The position numbers and the translations under genes were made by a program. This document shows positions 23,355 to 34,245 of a DNA stretch of 64,000 nucleotides, one piece after another. The stretch is from Chloropicon primus (Eukaryota). Position 1 is the first letter of the stretch, and each line of letters starts with the position of its first letter. A model generated the notes under the pieces. That model saw nothing but the letters and a program-made list of their open reading frames with translations, was not told the origin of the DNA and ran no database searches. Location of the stretch: positions 620,001 through 684,000 of the forward strand of contig CP060759.1 in assembly GCA_023205875.1 (NCBI GenBank). Reading direction: 5' to 3'.

Positions 23355-24197
23355 ATGGCGTCGATGAGGTTGACATCGTATCCCGACGGGGTGTATCCCC
23401 CGTCGGATGACACGTTCCTCCTCGTGGATGCGCTCGAGCAGGACGTGGTCGCGTCGAAGAGGAACGAGGGAGGGCCACGGACCGAGGGGAAGAAGAGCAA
23501 GCTGGTGGCGGAGGCCGCGCCACTGGACGCGAGCGAGGTCGGGAGCGTCGTGGAGATCGGGAGCGGGAGCGGTTTCGTGATCACCAGCGCTGCGGTGCTG
23601 CTCCCGACGGCTTACGCCGTAGGGACGGACCTCTCGAGCAGGGCCTGCCTGGCGTCGAGGGAGACGCTGAGGTCGCACCCGCCGAGCTGCTCCTCCAGGT
23701 CTGACGTGGTCGCCACCGAGAGCCTGCGGGGCTTCCGACCCGGGGCGGCCTTCGACGTGGTGCTGGTGAACCCGCCGTACGTTCCGACCTCCAGCGAGGA
23801 GCTCGCCGAGTCCCTGCGGGTGCTCCGGGGGCGGAGAGAGGCCTCGGAGGCCGAGACGGAGGGCGCGGCCTTCACCCTGACCTGGGCCGGGGGGGTCGAG
23901 GGCGTGGAGATGACCAAGGAGATGCTGAGGGCGGGACTCGGCCTCCTCAACGCCCGCGGGGGGCGCCTCTACCTCATCGTCGTCCAGGAAAACCGCCCGG
24001 AGGAGATGGCCAAGCACGCGACCCGCGTCTGGCGGGAGCTCTGGGGGCGACCCGAAGGGGACGACCCGGCGCCGGGCCTGTCCTGGAGCATCGCCATCCA
24101 GACGAGGGCGAACAACGAGCTGCTCAGCGTCCTCAGGTTCATCGCGGGCGGGGACCACCGCCATTCGTTACCTTCACTCGAACTCGAACAACCATAA
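23355..24197 (+). CDS. HEMK2: HemK2/N6AMT1/Mtq2-like glutamine methyltransferase
   Basis: VYPPSDDTFLLVDAL, EIGSGSG, NPPYVPT, WAGG. Confidence 0.9.
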   Translation: MASMRLTSYPDGVYPPSDDTFLLVDALEQDVVASKRNEGGPRTEGKKSKLVAEAAPLDASEVGSVVEIGSGSGFVITSAAVLLPTAYAVGTDLSSRACLASRETLRSHPPSCSSRSDVVATESLRGFRPGAAFDVVLVNPPYVPTSSEELAESLRVLRGRREASEAETEGAAFTLTWAGGVEGVEMTKEMLRAGLGLLNARGGRLYLIVVQENRPEEMAKHATRVWRELWGRPEGDDPAPGLSWSIAIQTRANNELLSVLRFIAGGDHRHSLPSLELEQP

Positions 24198-24707
24198 CCC
24201 ATATATATATTATTATTATTATCAGTCGTCGTCGTTGGCCGAGCCTTGGTGGTGTAATAAAACAGTAAGAAGCCAGAGACGAACGAAACAACGAGACAAG
24301 TGGCGGCCAAGGGGGCGGGGTTGTTGGTCAACTGCAGCAAAATGCGCAAACGCGCAAGGCCAAACTCCTTAGAATCACAGCATGAAGAAGTGTAACGCTC
24401 GCTCTTGGGCTGGGCTCTCAACTTTTGGGATTAGGATTAGACCCACATTGCAGTGGGGCACAACACGCATCTTGTCGGTCAACGCGGCGAGGAGGAGGAG
24501 GAGGTCTTGGTCTCCGTCGTCGTGTGTCCGCGCGTGCGAGGGGTGGTTTCGCTTGGGTTTGACGCGTCCGATTCGTTGGCGTGGACGAGAGCTCGGCATC
24601 GGCGGGGTTTCGGCCGGTCCTCATCACGCGCGGGGCCGCACAAGGGAAGGGGAGAAGGGGCGGACAGACCACGCAGAGGATAGGATAGGGTCGTCGTCGT
24701 TGGACCG

Positions 24708-27071
24708 ATGGACTTGTCGAGCTCGTGCGACAGCCAGAGGGAGCTGGTGGTGAGGGGGGAGGCCAGGGCTGAGGGGTCTCGGGCCGCCAAGCCCTCGACC
24801 TCGAGGTACGGTAGCCCGACTGGCCGGCCGGGGGCCGCGCGCCACCTCGTCCTCCTGGTGGGGGCGCTGATCTCGGTGCTCCTGGTGACGCTCGGCATCC
24901 TGAGCTTCGAGATCCACACCCTGAAGAGGCCGAGCTCGGCCGGGGAGTTGCCGGGGGTCTGCGTCGCCAAGGAATGCACGGTTGCCGCGGCCCAGATGCT
25001 CGACAGCATGGACATGGACGCGGACCCCTGCCGGGACTTCTTTCGGTACGCGTGCGGGAACTTCAACGACCGTTACTACCTGCCGGAGGGCCAGAACCAG
25101 GTCTCGCAGTTCACGCTCGCCGGGCAGGTGAACGACATGATGATCTTGCAGGCCCTCGACGGCAACTCCAGCGGCGGGGCCTCGTCGGAGGAGGCGAGCG
25201 ACGCCTTGGCCAAGGCCAGGAAGTACTACGACCAGTGCATGGACTTGAGGGAGATGAACCGCCTTGGCATCTCCCCCGTCCTCGACCTCTTGGCGATTCC
25301 CGACTTCCTATTGAAGTTCGGCGCGGAGGTCGGGCAGACCCACAACTTCACGAGGCGCGAGCTCGTGTTCGGGGCGTTGAGAGAGCTGCAGCAGCGTCAC
25401 GTCCGAATTCTCGTGGACTTTTGGGTCGGGCAGGACCGTTACAACTCCAGCGAGATTCAGGTCCACGTGAGGCAAGGCCTCTTGGGGCTGCCGGACTCTT
25501 CCTATTACGAGACCGGCCGCCACGAGGAAGGAAGCAGGTCGGGCAGCAAGCACGCGCGGATCCTCCAAGCGTACAAGAACTTGCTGTGGGAGGGCCTGAG
25601 GCTGCTGGAGTCGAGAACGGTGAAGAAGTTCGACGAGGAGGGGAGCGCGGACGAGATCGAGAGCCTCGTCGCGTTCGAGTCGAGGATCGCGGGGTGCCAC
25701 ATGCCCAAGGAGAGCCTCAACCAGCCCATCTTGACGCACAATCCCATGGAGGTGGAGGCCGCGGAGATCGTCTTCCCTTTCGGGTGGAGAAAGTTTATCC
25801 AGAACATGTCTGGGCCAGCAAACTACACCGGGAAGATCAACATCGAGACGCCGTCCGCCCTGTCTTGCATGACGAGGGTCATGGACGAGACGCCGATCGA
25901 AGACATGGCTCTTTACATGAAAGTCATGATTCTCTTGCACCGCGGCGAGCTACTGGACAACGCCATTAGGGAGTGGAGGTACAAATTCAACTTGCAGACG
26001 ACGGGGGTCTCCGGGGCTGGCCCAAGGTGGCGCCAGTGCATGGATCTCGTCACGTCCCACCAGAGATACGGGTTCGCCCTCACCAAGCCCTACGTCCAGA
26101 GGGCATTTGGCCGCGAGAGCAAGGAGGAGGTGGAGGACATCTTTGAAAAGGTCGAGGAGGCCTTCCTGGACCAGCTGCCGTCCGTCGAGTGGCTGGGAGA
26201 GAAAACCAGAAAGGTCGCGGCCAAGAAGGCTAGGGCGATGAAGAAGCATTTGGGTTACCCCGATTGGGTGATGGATGACGAAAAGGTCGCCAAGTTCTAC
26301 GAGAACGTGTCGGTTGACGGAACATTCTTTGAGAACACGGTGTCGTTGTTCAAGGCTCACCAGGACAGAGTTTTCGCGAGGTTGTTCCCGAACGCAAGCG
26401 AGCCCATGGTGGACCCAGAGGACCTCTGGATCCTCTCGCCGACGGAGATCAACGCCTACTACTCTGTCTTCTCGAACACGATTGCATTTCCTGCGGGGGT
26501 GCTGCACCCGCCGTTCTTCACACAAGGAGCGCCGATGCCTCTGAATTACGGAAGCCTGGGCACCTTTGTGGCGCACGAGTTCACCCACGCTTTTGACAGC
26601 AACGGCAGAAAGTTCGACGAGAACGGCGAGGGGTTGGACTGGTGGACCGACAAGGACGACGAGCATTTCGAGGAGAGAGCAAAATGCTTCGTGGACCAGT
26701 ACTCAAAGTTCGAGCTCTACGGGCACCGAAACAACGGGAACCTCACACTTCCAGAGAATTTGGCAGACAACGCGGGGATGCAGCTCGCCTTCCGCGCCTT
26801 CACCAAGGAGCTGGAGACGAGCAAAACGAACCGCCTGCCCAGCACGCCGTTCACCCCGCACCAGCTCTTCTTCCTCGGATTTGCCCAGTCCTGGTGCTCC
26901 AACATCAAGGAAGACAAGGCGCTGATGAGCATGAAGGCGGACCCTCACAGCTTGCCTCAGTTCCGGGTCAACGGCGTCGTGAGCAACAGCGTGGAGTTCT
27001 CGAAAGCGTTCCAGTGCAAGCCTTCGAGCCCGCTCAACCCCGCTCGCAAATGCAACCTGTGGTTGGGCTAG
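24708..27071 (+). CDS. Neprilysin/endothelin-converting-enzyme-like M13 zinc metallopeptidase, type II membrane protein
   Basis: N-terminal TM, DPCRDFFRYACG, INAYY, HEFTHAFD, ENLADNAG, DPHS..FRVNG, C-terminal CNLW. Confidence 0.95.
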   Translation: MDLSSSCDSQRELVVRGEARAEGSRAAKPSTSRYGSPTGRPGAARHLVLLVGALISVLLVTLGILSFEIHTLKRPSSAGELPGVCVAKECTVAAAQMLDSMDMDADPCRDFFRYACGNFNDRYYLPEGQNQVSQFTLAGQVNDMMILQALDGNSSGGASSEEASDALAKARKYYDQCMDLREMNRLGISPVLDLLAIPDFLLKFGAEVGQTHNFTRRELVFGALRELQQRHVRILVDFWVGQDRYNSSEIQVHVRQGLLGLPDSSYYETGRHEEGSRSGSKHARILQAYKNLLWEGLRLLESRTVKKFDEEGSADEIESLVAFESRIAGCHMPKESLNQPILTHNPMEVEAAEIVFPFGWRKFIQNMSGPANYTGKINIETPSALSCMTRVMDETPIEDMALYMKVMILLHRGELLDNAIREWRYKFNLQTTGVSGAGPRWRQCMDLVTSHQRYGFALTKPYVQRAFGRESKEEVEDIFEKVEEAFLDQLPSVEWLGEKTRKVAAKKARAMKKHLGYPDWVMDDEKVAKFYENVSVDGTFFENTVSLFKAHQDRVFARLFPNASEPMVDPEDLWILSPTEINAYYSVFSNTIAFPAGVLHPPFFTQGAPMPLNYGSLGTFVAHEFTHAFDSNGRKFDENGEGLDWWTDKDDEHFEERAKCFVDQYSKFELYGHRNNGNLTLPENLADNAGMQLAFRAFTKELETSKTNRLPSTPFTPHQLFFLGFAQSWCSNIKEDKALMSMKADPHSLPQFRVNGVVSNSVEFSKAFQCKPSSPLNPARKCNLWLG

Positions 27072-27533
27072 GATCGCTCCCGCTCTTTCTTTCTTACTTT
27101 TTTTGCGGAAAATTTTGGCATGCAGTATATCTATTGAATTAAGCTTTCGATCTCCCTCCCCCCCTCCCCGCGGTCCACTCCACCCCCTCTTTGAGCTCCC
27201 ACCAAGGAGGCAGCGATTTCCTCGGACTTTGAAGACGACTCAGATCCTTTCCCCGCGCAAAGTGGGGCACCCCATATCGAATAGAACCGCAACACCATCC
27301 CTCCACCTCCACCCCTCGTGAAGCTCCCACCATTCCTCATGACTCCTCCTCCATCCTTGCTCCATCCTTGCTCCATCCTTCCTAGGAAAGGAAAAAAAAA
27401 ATGAATCTTCCCGCCTTTTTTAGAGGAATACGATCGAGGGACAGGCAGGAGAGAGAGAAAGAGAGAAGAGGAGCGCTCGAGGCCATTGAGAGGTCTTAGC
27501 GCGGAGGAAGCGAAGTGTCTTTCTTGGACAGAA

Positions 27534-30062
27534 ATGGCGGAGGAAAAGGCCAAGGCGCTTGAGCTAGCAGAAGCGCAAACTCCCGCGATATTTGGGATCG
27601 AGGAGCCGCTCCAAGACTCGCCCATCTACTTGGGAGAGGATGGGACGCCGGTGTCGGGGTCTCTGCTTGAGGTGAGCTCGCCATCCGTGTCCGCTTTGAC
27701 GACGGGGGAGACCGCGCCGCCGACCGAGGAGAGGAAGGACGTTCAAAAAGGCGAGGAAAGCGGCGAGATGCCGACTCTGAAGAACCTGAGAGCTTCCGGG
27801 AAGGACAGCAAAGTCGTTATCGAGGACTTTGACTTCCACTCGGAGCAGCTGAGAGCGGAGCTCAAGACGTTCAAGAGCTCTCTGATGTCCTTTTCCAGCA
27901 GCGCGTCGGCGACCCCGAGCCCCCCGACCGTGGAACGCGTCTACAAGCAGCCTGAAATCAACCCCCTCCACAGCAGGGGCCCCCTTCGCGAGAGCAGCGA
28001 CGAGAACGAGGCGAGCTCGGACTACAGCAGCCGTCCGGAGAGCCCGAAGACCGTGGCATCCTCTGCGGCTCCCTCCCTGGTGAGCTCACCTGCCAGGGGC
28101 AACAAGGACTACTCGCTCGATAGACTGAGCAAGGTGCTGAGGCACAACGGGTTTGGGCTTCACTTTGTTGGGGGAGACAGCTCCGCCAAGGTAAACGGAA
28201 TCCTTTCGGCCTTCTTCCAGGTCATGAACCAGTACGAGAGGAGGGGCAAGCTGATCCAGGAGATGATTGCCAGCAACGAGCTTTCGGCCAAGCAGGAGCA
28301 GAGGCTGGAGTCCAAAGCGAGGAAGATGAAGGTAGAAAGGGACGAGGCGAGAAGGGACCTGAATTTGCTCTCCGAGAAATTCGAGGCCAAGCTGAGCCGC
28401 TCGATGAACGAAAAGCGCAACGCGTCAGAGGGGAAGCTCAAGCTCGGGACGGAGAAAGGAAAGATCCAGAGCAAGCTCACCCACTTGGAGCACATCGTCA
28501 GGGCGAGAGAGACTGAGATAGATCAGCTGAAGAACAAGATGAGGGAGAAAGCCGAGAGGGACGAGAGAAGGCAGAGGAGGGACAGGGAGATTTACGACAA
28601 GCTCAGGCACAAGGTGTCTCGCCACAGCTCGGGCAGCGTTTCCGCCATCGTGAGAGAGCTGAGAGCTGTCGAGATTGTCGGCATCTATGAATCACAGAGA
28701 GAAGTTCTCGAGAGCGAATTGACGGCACTCAGGACGGACCTGCACGCCACCAAAGCTCGATTGGACGAGAAAGAGAAGTACATCCTTAACAAGGACATGG
28801 CTGGGAACTGGAAGACTCCGGCCGAGGGCGAGATACTCAATTCCCTTGCTCAGTCGGAGAAGGTGGCAGCAGACGCTGTCCGCAAACAGGCTGAAGTCGA
28901 GTCGCGAGCCGCTGAAGCTGCCAAGGAGGCGGCCAAGCAGATTGCCGAGGAGCAGCGGAAGAACGAGATCCTCGCGGAGGAGAACGCCAGCTTGATACTG
29001 GAGTTGGAGTCGAGGCCTCAGCTCAAGGACATCCAGGCTGCACAGAGGCAGATCGAAATACTCGAGAGGAAGGTGGCTTCCCTGAATGACAAGGAGAACT
29101 TCCCTCAGGACTTGAAGAGACAAATGTCCAAGGCTGCTTCGGCGAAGATCCGGAAAGACAGGAAGCTCTTCCAGCTCGGACTGCACAAGGTGCAGAATCT
29201 GCCACACAGCGTCCTTGTGGAGATTGTCCAGGACGCTTGCTTGAAGGTGGAGCTGGGTGACCCCACTGCCCTTGCGCAGTCCCTATCGAAGCTACTGAGG
29301 ATCGTTGCCGCGGTTCCAAGGATGGAGAGCTTTGTGGGTGCCGTCTGCGAGATCAGTCTGCAGGACGGAATCAATTACATCCCAAAGGACGTGAAGGATA
29401 CGCCCGAGCCAAAGGACGTGCCCCGGATCTTGCAGCACTGGCTCACGGAGCTCAAGAAGCTGCACGATCTGAATTTGCTGTACAACGGCCTCGTCGGGGA
29501 GCTGCAGCACAGGTCGAGCGCGACCAAGCCCAAGGGCAAGACCACGAACGGCATCATGGCGGCTGTGAAGGACATGATCGTAGCCGAACGGGCATACCAC
29601 AACATGAAAGCTACCTTTGACAATGCCGGGCAGATCATGAAGGACAACCCCGAGGCGCTCCTGTCGAAGATAGTCGCCCACTTCCAGAGATTGTTTGGAT
29701 GCAAAAACCTCGAAGGCACGTTCGCTGCGATCAACCAGACCTACCTGTCCCTGACCGAGAGCAAGAACTTCCTGAAGGCTCTCAGAGATTTGGTGGGCCT
29801 GGACAGAAGCGCCGGAATCAACGCTTGCCTCGCCAGGGTGAGGCAGCTCGTGCTCCTGCAAGCCCAAAAGTACGCCAAGGTTCTGGATGATGATGGAGCT
29901 GAGAAGGAGGAGGAGCAGGCGGAGGCAGAGGATCAGGTGGAGGCAGAGGAAAAGGAGGAAGAAGAGGAGGAAGAAGAGGAAGAGGAAGAGGAAGCGGGTC
30001 CGCAAGAGACGTTTCACACCCCACTGCCGGTACCAGCATCTGGGAAAAAACAGCGAGAGTAA
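27534..30062 (+). CDS. CEP70/CRC70-like centriolar coiled-coil protein
   Basis: Long coiled coil; C-terminal IVAHFQRLFGCKNLEGTFAAINQTYLSLTE..L..LVGLD resembles the CEP70 C-terminal domain. Confidence 0.7.
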   Translation: MAEEKAKALELAEAQTPAIFGIEEPLQDSPIYLGEDGTPVSGSLLEVSSPSVSALTTGETAPPTEERKDVQKGEESGEMPTLKNLRASGKDSKVVIEDFDFHSEQLRAELKTFKSSLMSFSSSASATPSPPTVERVYKQPEINPLHSRGPLRESSDENEASSDYSSRPESPKTVASSAAPSLVSSPARGNKDYSLDRLSKVLRHNGFGLHFVGGDSSAKVNGILSAFFQVMNQYERRGKLIQEMIASNELSAKQEQRLESKARKMKVERDEARRDLNLLSEKFEAKLSRSMNEKRNASEGKLKLGTEKGKIQSKLTHLEHIVRARETEIDQLKNKMREKAERDERRQRRDREIYDKLRHKVSRHSSGSVSAIVRELRAVEIVGIYESQREVLESELTALRTDLHATKARLDEKEKYILNKDMAGNWKTPAEGEILNSLAQSEKVAADAVRKQAEVESRAAEAAKEAAKQIAEEQRKNEILAEENASLILELESRPQLKDIQAAQRQIEILERKVASLNDKENFPQDLKRQMSKAASAKIRKDRKLFQLGLHKVQNLPHSVLVEIVQDACLKVELGDPTALAQSLSKLLRIVAAVPRMESFVGAVCEISLQDGINYIPKDVKDTPEPKDVPRILQHWLTELKKLHDLNLLYNGLVGELQHRSSATKPKGKTTNGIMAAVKDMIVAERAYHNMKATFDNAGQIMKDNPEALLSKIVAHFQRLFGCKNLEGTFAAINQTYLSLTESKNFLKALRDLVGLDRSAGINACLARVRQLVLLQAQKYAKVLDDDGAEKEEEQAEAEDQVEAEEKEEEEEEEEEEEEEAGPQETFHTPLPVPASGKKQRE

Positions 30063-30092
30063 TGAAATGCAAGTACTTATATTTTACCATGT

Positions 30093-31328
30093 TTATTGTA
30101 CACGCCTGAGGTTAGACATCAGATGGGAGGACACGATGGGAGAAGATAGCTTTTCGAACATCCCGATGCCTTCCAAAGTCTCCCAATGGATCGCAAACTT
30201 CATTGGCTGACCGCCTTCGCCCTTGAAACCAATGAGTTCCACAGGGCACGACGTGGGATTCTTCATGCCGAACTCGGCAATCATCCCCTCTCCACGAGCC
30301 CTCAGAAAAACCGTCAGACCATCGTCCTCAGAGACCCCTTCCCGCCACTCAACTCCCTCCGGCATCACGAACTCCTCGTCGACATGGTCTTGCGTCTCCA
30401 GATCGAGCTGAAAAGTGACGGAGCCGGACCAGATGTGAGGGTCCCCAGTTAGCTTGCGCGCGACCAAAAGCTTGCTGTCATCAGAAACGCGCAAAGAAAC
30501 GAATTCAACGCCGTGGCTCGCATAGCTTCCCTTGTAGATGCCCTCCAGAATGTGCTTCTGCCCCCCCGCCTGGGGCTCCAGCCGTTTGAAGTCCGCATGC
30601 TCCTCCGCATGGCTTTTGCCTACCTCGGCGAGCCACAAGTCGAAGGTCAAGCTCTCGTTCAGGTAATGCAAGTAGAAGCTGTGAAGCCTTTCGTCCTGGC
30701 TCTCGCCGTCGCGGTTCGAATCCTGCACGAAGGCGTTCATGATCGAGACTTTCCTATTCCTCCTCTCGAACCGGCCGTGGTCGCAGTCTCCCTTGCAGAC
30801 GAAGCGAAAGCCTGATGAGACCCAGATGAACTTGCACTCGTGGGGACAGTGACTCGTGCTGTCCGGGGATTCATCGAAGGGAATGACCGAGCGGTGGCAA
30901 GACATGGTGGCGTCCCCGCCCCCATCGAAGCTCACCTCGAAGAAAGGCACGCTCTTCAGGACGGGGTCGCTCACCCTGTCAGCCAGAAGGCTCGAGCCAG
31001 AGATTTTGGGTGGCTCAGCTGTCACGTGCACGAGGCTCCCGTACGGCCCTTGGCCTTGCCCGACCCACATCCCGATCAGGGGCCCCCATGGCTCCATCAC
31101 GTTCACCCACAGGTCCTTCCACGTTCTCTGGTTCCACTCCTCGGGCCTGGTTACGTCTTCGCAAAGCATCTGCAGACATCTTTTCCGCCACACGTCGCTT
31201 CCCTCGACCAGAACGAAGAGCCTCTTGGAGCAGGTCGACAGGGAGCAGAGGTCACGCGTGTCCAGATAGCTCAGCACAATCTCCACCACGTCCGACACCA
31301 GATCCTCAAACCCTACCACGCTTTCCAT
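30093..31328 (-). CDS. F-box protein with C-terminal cyclin-D1-binding (FBXO31/DUF3506-type) beta-barrel
   Basis: F-box LVSDVVEIVLSYLDTRDLCSLSTCSK; GIYKGSYASHGVEF and ARKLTGDPHI motifs. Confidence 0.8.
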   Translation of the reverse strand: MESVVGFEDLVSDVVEIVLSYLDTRDLCSLSTCSKRLFVLVEGSDVWRKRCLQMLCEDVTRPEEWNQRTWKDLWVNVMEPWGPLIGMWVGQGQGPYGSLVHVTAEPPKISGSSLLADRVSDPVLKSVPFFEVSFDGGGDATMSCHRSVIPFDESPDSTSHCPHECKFIWVSSGFRFVCKGDCDHGRFERRNRKVSIMNAFVQDSNRDGESQDERLHSFYLHYLNESLTFDLWLAEVGKSHAEEHADFKRLEPQAGGQKHILEGIYKGSYASHGVEFVSLRVSDDSKLLVARKLTGDPHIWSGSVTFQLDLETQDHVDEEFVMPEGVEWREGVSEDDGLTVFLRARGEGMIAEFGMKNPTSCPVELIGFKGEGGQPMKFAIHWETLEGIGMFEKLSSPIVSSHLMSNLRRVQ

Positions 31329-31354
31329 CACCAAGAACCTTTCCTTCCCATCCA

Positions 31355-31498
31355 CAACATCACGTCCATTCAGCTCCTCCACGACCTCGCCTTGGCGTCA
31401 AAACTTTTCAACAAAAGGGTCGAACGAAAGAGCACGAGATGAAGCTTCCGCCCGTCTCGCCCCCCACCGCCTTCGTCCCCGTTATCTCGACCCGAACT
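31355..31498. repeat. Dispersed 144-bp repeat, copy A
   Basis: About 8 mismatches by manual alignment to 46347-46490. Confidence 0.9.
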
Positions 31499-31736
31499 GT
31501 GAGGTGTCCGACGCCGAGCGGCAATCCCTCTCCTCTCCAGTTGGAGCACCAAGGCCAAACCCCCTCAACTGAGGTATCGTTCGAAAGCCCTTGACACGTA
31601 CTATCGATCGAACACCTTTTCCCCTTCCGTCCCTTCCCTCCTTGGTCCTCCGCTCCTTCCGACGCACGCCTCTGCTGTCCGTGGAGGAGCAGAGAGGGGT
31701 GGCTTGCTTTAGCGTTGGCGTGGCCAGGGGGAAGCC

Positions 31737-32665
31737 ATGGAGGAGGAGGGGTGGGTTGTCGCCGGGGCAGGGAAGAAGTCGTGGAAGAGGAGGAAGGGGA
31801 AGCAAGGTGCGGGTTGCCGTGGAGCGAAGCGGAGGCCGTGTGTTCCCAAACAGGAGGAGATCTCGTGGGATCCTGCCGTTCTCGACGCTCCTGTGGAAGA
31901 AGGGGGTGTCAGGGCGCTGATCAGCAGGACGAAGGATGCCGTGGCCCTGGTGCGCCAGTCCAAGATCTTCGGTCACTTGAAGCGAGAGATCTTCCTCGCG
32001 GAGGACGGCGGCGAGGAGGATACCCTCGTGCGGAACCTGGGGGAGGTGGAGGAGCTGGTTGTGTATGGTCTAGGCTCCCTGGAGAACGGCCCGCCGGCTT
32101 GCAGGTACCAGTTCGCCCTGGCGGTGCTCCTGGCGGAGGAGATCAGGAAAACGTCGAGCAAGTTTGGCCAAGTCCTGTTCTTCGACCCGGCCTTCACCGC
32201 GTACGACAGGAGGGCCATCGAGAGCGAGAGCTCCGAGTTCCGAGTGTTGAGAGAAAACGAGAACTGCGCGAGGAGGACATCGAAGAAGACTCTGTTTTAC
32301 ATGCCACACTGCGAGGCTTGCCTTTACGACTCTCTCCTGAAAGCCAACTGGACCCGGAGCCAGCTGCCAAACCTGGTAAGTCTCCGTGCAAAGCGCTGTC
32401 TGACTTGCGCCCTTCGCTCACTAACCGATTGCCAACTTGCCAACAGGTGATTCTCGGGAATTCTTTCGCCAGCTACAAGTCCATTTGGGGGGTGTCGTCT
32501 GAGCACAAGCCTGATCCCCCGGCCTACGTCGAGCTGGTTGCCGCTGCAGAGTCCTCCCAAGAAGTACCGGTGCCAGACTTCAACTTCACGGAGGTCTCCG
32601 CGTTCAACAACATGAGCTTTCATTTCTTCCCGAGCGCCTCCGTGGCTCACATGATGGTGCGGTGA
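31737..32665 (+). CDS. SRR1: SRR1 domain protein; intron 32376-32446
   Basis: VVYGLGS, YQFALA, FDPAFT, TLFYMPHCE..LY..LL.ANW, spliced VILGNSF, AFNNMS. Confidence 0.9.
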
Positions 32666-32724
32666 GGACAGGGGGCCCGGCTTGTACAATATAAAACTAG
32701 GTATTTCGATGAAGGTTTGTCCTT

Positions 32725-33950
32725 TTACTTTTTCGCGGGCCTCAAGTTCGCGAAGAGGTTCACCAACCCCTGGACGTTCGAGAGAGCGTTGTAAAAATTT
32801 CTCATCACGGTGATCGAGGGGGCGAGGGAGACGGCATAGTGCCACCAGCCATCTGGAATCAGGAGGGTCTCCCCTTCCTCCAGAATGGCGTAGTGCATCC
32901 GAGCCTCCTTGAATCTGGGGTACTTCTCGACGCTTTCGGCATCCAGCGGGTCGATCGGCGACTGCGTCGTGGCTTCCCCTTCCAGAGGGTAAAGCAGGCT
33001 GGCGTCGTTCGTCGTGTCTGGGGGAAACAGGAGAAAGAGCTTCCTTCCCTTGATCTGGGCCAACCAGCCGTGGGCGCGATGGGCATCGTAGTGCAGCCTC
33101 GTGATGTTTCCAGCCGGACCCATGAAGACCTTGTTCAGCAGAATGTCCGTGTCGCGAACCCAGTGAGGTGCGGCCCTCACCCCATTCTTGCTGGAGATGG
33201 CCTTGTCGATCTCCTGGCGAAAGCAAGAGACGCGTCAGTCTAAGTGAGAGAGAGAGAGAGAGAAGAGGTCGCAATTCACCCCTAGTGGAGCCAACGTACC
33301 TGCAGGATCATCCTCGTGTGGTCCTCGATCCATGGAGGCGACGCGATGTCGTCCACGAGCTCTGCGTGATCCTTGAAGGCGTGCCAGCCGTTGAGATACA
33401 AAGGAACGCCCTCGCTTTCCTTGTGGCCGAACCTCCTCATGTACTCCACGTACTGCGAGAGAGTGGTCTTCACGCTCGCTTGGGGCCTTCCGCTTTCCCT
33501 GTCTTTCACTCTCGCCGGCGCCCTGTCGTTGGCGATGACCACCTGGCCAGGGTAAGCCTCGGAGAAGAACTCGGGGGTCCACTCCCGGGCCTTCCACCCC
33601 GCCAGTGAGTTCTTCACGATCAGCGGTTTGGACGCCAAGAGGTGCTTCTCGGTCACTTCCTCCATCTTCGGATGATCTTCCCGGCGCTCGATGAGGCAAC
33701 CCTTCCCGAGGCCCAAAAACCTCACGCACTCGCTCTCCTTGAAAGACCACCCGCACCGCTCAGCAAAGCCTAAGAACGCCTTGTACTCGGGCGTCATCGA
33801 CTTGGGCCTCGTTCTCCTCGGCTCCTCTTGGCCGCAGGAGGAGGGTTGTTCCCTCTCTCCCGCCACGACTACCCCATCCCCCTTCTCCTTCACGGACGCC
33901 CCTCGACTCAGCAGCCCGGACAACGTATCGATGCTCACGCGCTCCGCCAT
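32725..33950 (-). CDS. JmjC (cupin-8) 2-oxoglutarate/Fe(II) oxygenase, JMJD4-like; intron 33214-33299
   Basis: LYLNGWH, FMGPAGNITRLHYD, GRKLF, LIPDGWWHYA (HxD...H triad). Confidence 0.88.
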
Positions 33951-34245
33951 CCTCCCGCACCAACCGACCTAAGCCCTTCGTTCGTCTCAACCGCAAACCA
34001 ACCGCCGACTCTCTCCTCCTTCGCCTCCGCCGTTACGTTCCTCCTTCGCGCCAAAAAAAAAAAAAAAGCTGTCGCCTCAAGGGGAGGAGCGACGGTTTCA
34101 CCCTTCGGTGTGTGTGTGAGGAGGCGAGGCGAAGGGGAAGAGGTTTTGGGTGGGACAGAACGGTAGAGCATCTCGCGGGCTTTCGAATGACGTGTCGGTC
34201 GACCAGTTGTGAGGTCCGGAAGAGAGTTTTTGTTCGACGACGAGG

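Noticed and set aside
23355..24197. HemK2/N6AMT1 as an arsenic-methylating member of the ACR3 module
   Set aside because: It lies 15 kb away, is a universal housekeeping eRF1 methyltransferase, and lacks ArsM/AS3MT features
24442..24458. Hairpin CCCAC-ATTGCA-GTGGG resembling a U1/U2 snRNA loop
   Set aside because: No 5' splice-site or branch-pairing sequence and no Sm site nearby; likely chance
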